Source: Tubiluchus corallicola (taxonomy: Eukaryota > Animalia > Priapulida). From it: a stretch of 38,028 nt of DNA. The first letter of the stretch is position 1, and every line of letters begins with the position of its first letter. The stretch covers positions 1-38,028 of the forward strand of contig JAQGDQ010001496.1 of assembly GCA_030141605.1 (NCBI GenBank), given 5' to 3'. A program made the position numbers and the translations under genes. The notes under the pieces were generated by a model. That model had not been told where the DNA came from, searched no databases, and was given only the letters and a program-made list of their open reading frames with translations. This document shows positions 35,842 to 38,028 of this stretch, in pieces.

Positions 35842-38028
35842 ACAATCGTAATGGCAGAAATAGTTAGTGATGCTTTTTGCTGTTAGTACTTTTATTAAAG
35901 TATCTATACACAATTTTAATATAAGATTAGCTACATAAATCTATACAAGGTGTGCAATAACAAACAAAGCTGGTTAAAATGGATACAGGAGAGACACAAC
36001 GAGCAGAATATTACTACATACATGTGTCTGCAAAAGCACAAAAAGAGGCTGAAAAGTCAATTTTATTCATCTTTGACTAAATAATTTACGGTAATTTACG
36101 CGCTTACCAGTGAAAAACCATTTGCTTGTCTAGCAAGAGAATTCCCGGACTTGACACCCTATTGACAAATGTTTATTAAAATGGTGTGCGTTGTATGTTT
36201 ATAACGTTATTTGAAATTTATTTCTTTGTTTTTATATTCTAAACCTGATGAAAACTATTAGTTTGTAGCCCGAACGCTGCTTTTAACTTACCAAAAGTTT
36301 ATTACTGTGAGATTCTTATGTTTGTATTTCTTCTTGATATTGCAGTGTTGGCGATAGGATGGTGCTGATATTGTCGTTCACATCATATAGTAGTAAAATG
36401 TCAGATAAGAGAGATTTCTTGTAGTTTAGCCCAAGCCAGTGTGTAGTTTAACCCAGGCTAGTGTGTGTTTAGCCCAAGCCAGTGTGTGTTTAGCCCCAGC
36501 CAGTATGTGTTTAGCCCAGGCCAGTGTATGTTTAGCCCAGGCCAGTGTATAGTTTATTCCCCCCCCTCCCGGCCAGTGTGTATCCGGGAGATAAACTGTC
36601 CTAGAGACAAAGCTGGAAACTCAACAAAATGTTTAAACATTAAGTAATTCCTTGTGTTGTACATCACTCAGTACTGCTGATATCATCAGGGTATAATCTG
36701 GCTGGGCTTATGAATTAATTGGCCTAGGCCATAATGTGCCCAGGGTATAATTTAACCAAGACTGCTTTAACCCTGCCCCCGGGTATAGTCTGGACTGGGG
36801 TTATATTGTATGACCTGTTTAACCAGTGCGCTGTGCTCATCTGTGTTAAGAAATACGTTGGTGCAATCAGCTCCACCTGGGTGCAGCACTAGAACTACAG
36901 CACATCACACTGGACATCAAATAAGCTGAACCGGTGCACTCTGAACTGGTGTTTCTGTTTAACAAATACGTTGGTACAATCAGCTCCACCTGGGTGCAAT
37001 GTTTAGAACCACAACACCTCACACAAAAACACAAGCTGACCCGAAGCACTGAGCCCATCTATGTTAAGAAATACGTTGGTACAATCAGCTCCACCTGGGT
37101 GCAAAGTTTAGAACCACAACACCTCACACAAAGACACAGGTTGACCCGGAGCACTGAGCCCATCTATGTTAAGAAACACATTGGTACAATCAGCTCCACC
37201 TGGGTGCAAAGTTTAGAACCACAACACCTCACACAAAGACACTGGTTGACCCGGAGCACTGAGCCCATCTATGTTAAGAAACACATTGGTACAATCAGCT
37301 CCACCTGGGTGCAAAGTTTAGAACCACAACACCTCACACAAAGACACAGGTTGACCCGGAGCACTGAGCCCATCTATGTTAAGAAACACATTGGTACAAT
37401 CAGCTCCACCTGGGTGCAAAGTTTAGAACCACAACACCTCACACAAAGACACAGGTTGACCAGGAGCACTGATGCCATCTATGTTAAGAAACACATTGGT
37501 ACAATCAGCTTCACCTGTGGGACAAGTGCAGTTGTACTCGCAATTTCTGGTGTATGTCATCTCTTGAGTTCCAATAAAAACTCGCGACCTAAGAAAAAGC
37601 AATTGAGAACTACTATAGTTCATGTTGCTTAGCAACCATATGCTCAACCTGGAGTAATTCATGAACCAAACTTGTTGCTGTATTAATTCAAAGCACAAGA
37701 AAATCCTCCACTTAAGTAAAGCGTAAAAAATTCGTCTTGAAATTTTGTACCACTTACCTACTATTTATTGCATGCAGGACTTACGTCGGCAGTAATGCTC
37801 TGTAAAACTTGTAAATTTACTCTCCCGCGATGATGGTTAGGCACAAACATTTTAATGGCAGTTCGTTTGAAACAGGCTTAAGTAACATTGCATAAAGTTT
37901 CAAAAAATAATCAGAGCTTTCGTAGCATACATGTTACAAACTAAGTAAATTTTTAAATTACTGTATCTTGTCAATAAGATTAAAATACGTTTTTGGCTAG
38001 TGAGTGGTGCACCCTGGAGGGTGAGCCA
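35842..38028 (-). repeat. Right arm of large inverted repeat, running off the window
   Basis: Reverse complement of 31295-33539 with scattered substitutions and repeat-copy differences. Confidence 0.96.
36840..37518. repeat. 105-bp minisatellite in right arm
   Basis: CAATCAGCT(C/T)CACC at about 36863, 36977, 37082, 37187, 37292, 37397, 37502. Confidence 0.95.

Overview
AT-rich, repeat-dense animal genomic DNA with GT-AG introns; no prokaryotic genes or CRISPR. The real genes are spliced, so the ORF track mostly misses them. (1) 912-14895 (+): the 3' part, nine phase-consistent exons, of a TTLL6/TTLL13-type tubulin polyglutamylase. Its first visible acceptor is the last unit of a ~57-bp tandem array made of copies of that intron/exon junction. 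(2) 15421-24871 (+): a six-exon, ~251-aa gene assembled by hand, with one PAH-like domain and a polyQ/low-complexity tail, plus a candidate internal first exon that would drop the domain. (3) A probable orphan terminal exon on the minus strand (26051-25885). (4) A decayed BEL/Pao gag-protease remnant (-) joined directly to a glycogenin exon (31031-~30815). (5) An inverted repeat with arms of at least 2.2 kb (31295-33539 / 35842-window end) around a 1.5-kb (GTA)n tract. The introns hold many MITEs (hAT, pogo-like, piggyBac, foldback), LINE/SINE remnants and several unrelated minisatellites. All homology calls are from motif recognition by eye, not database searches.
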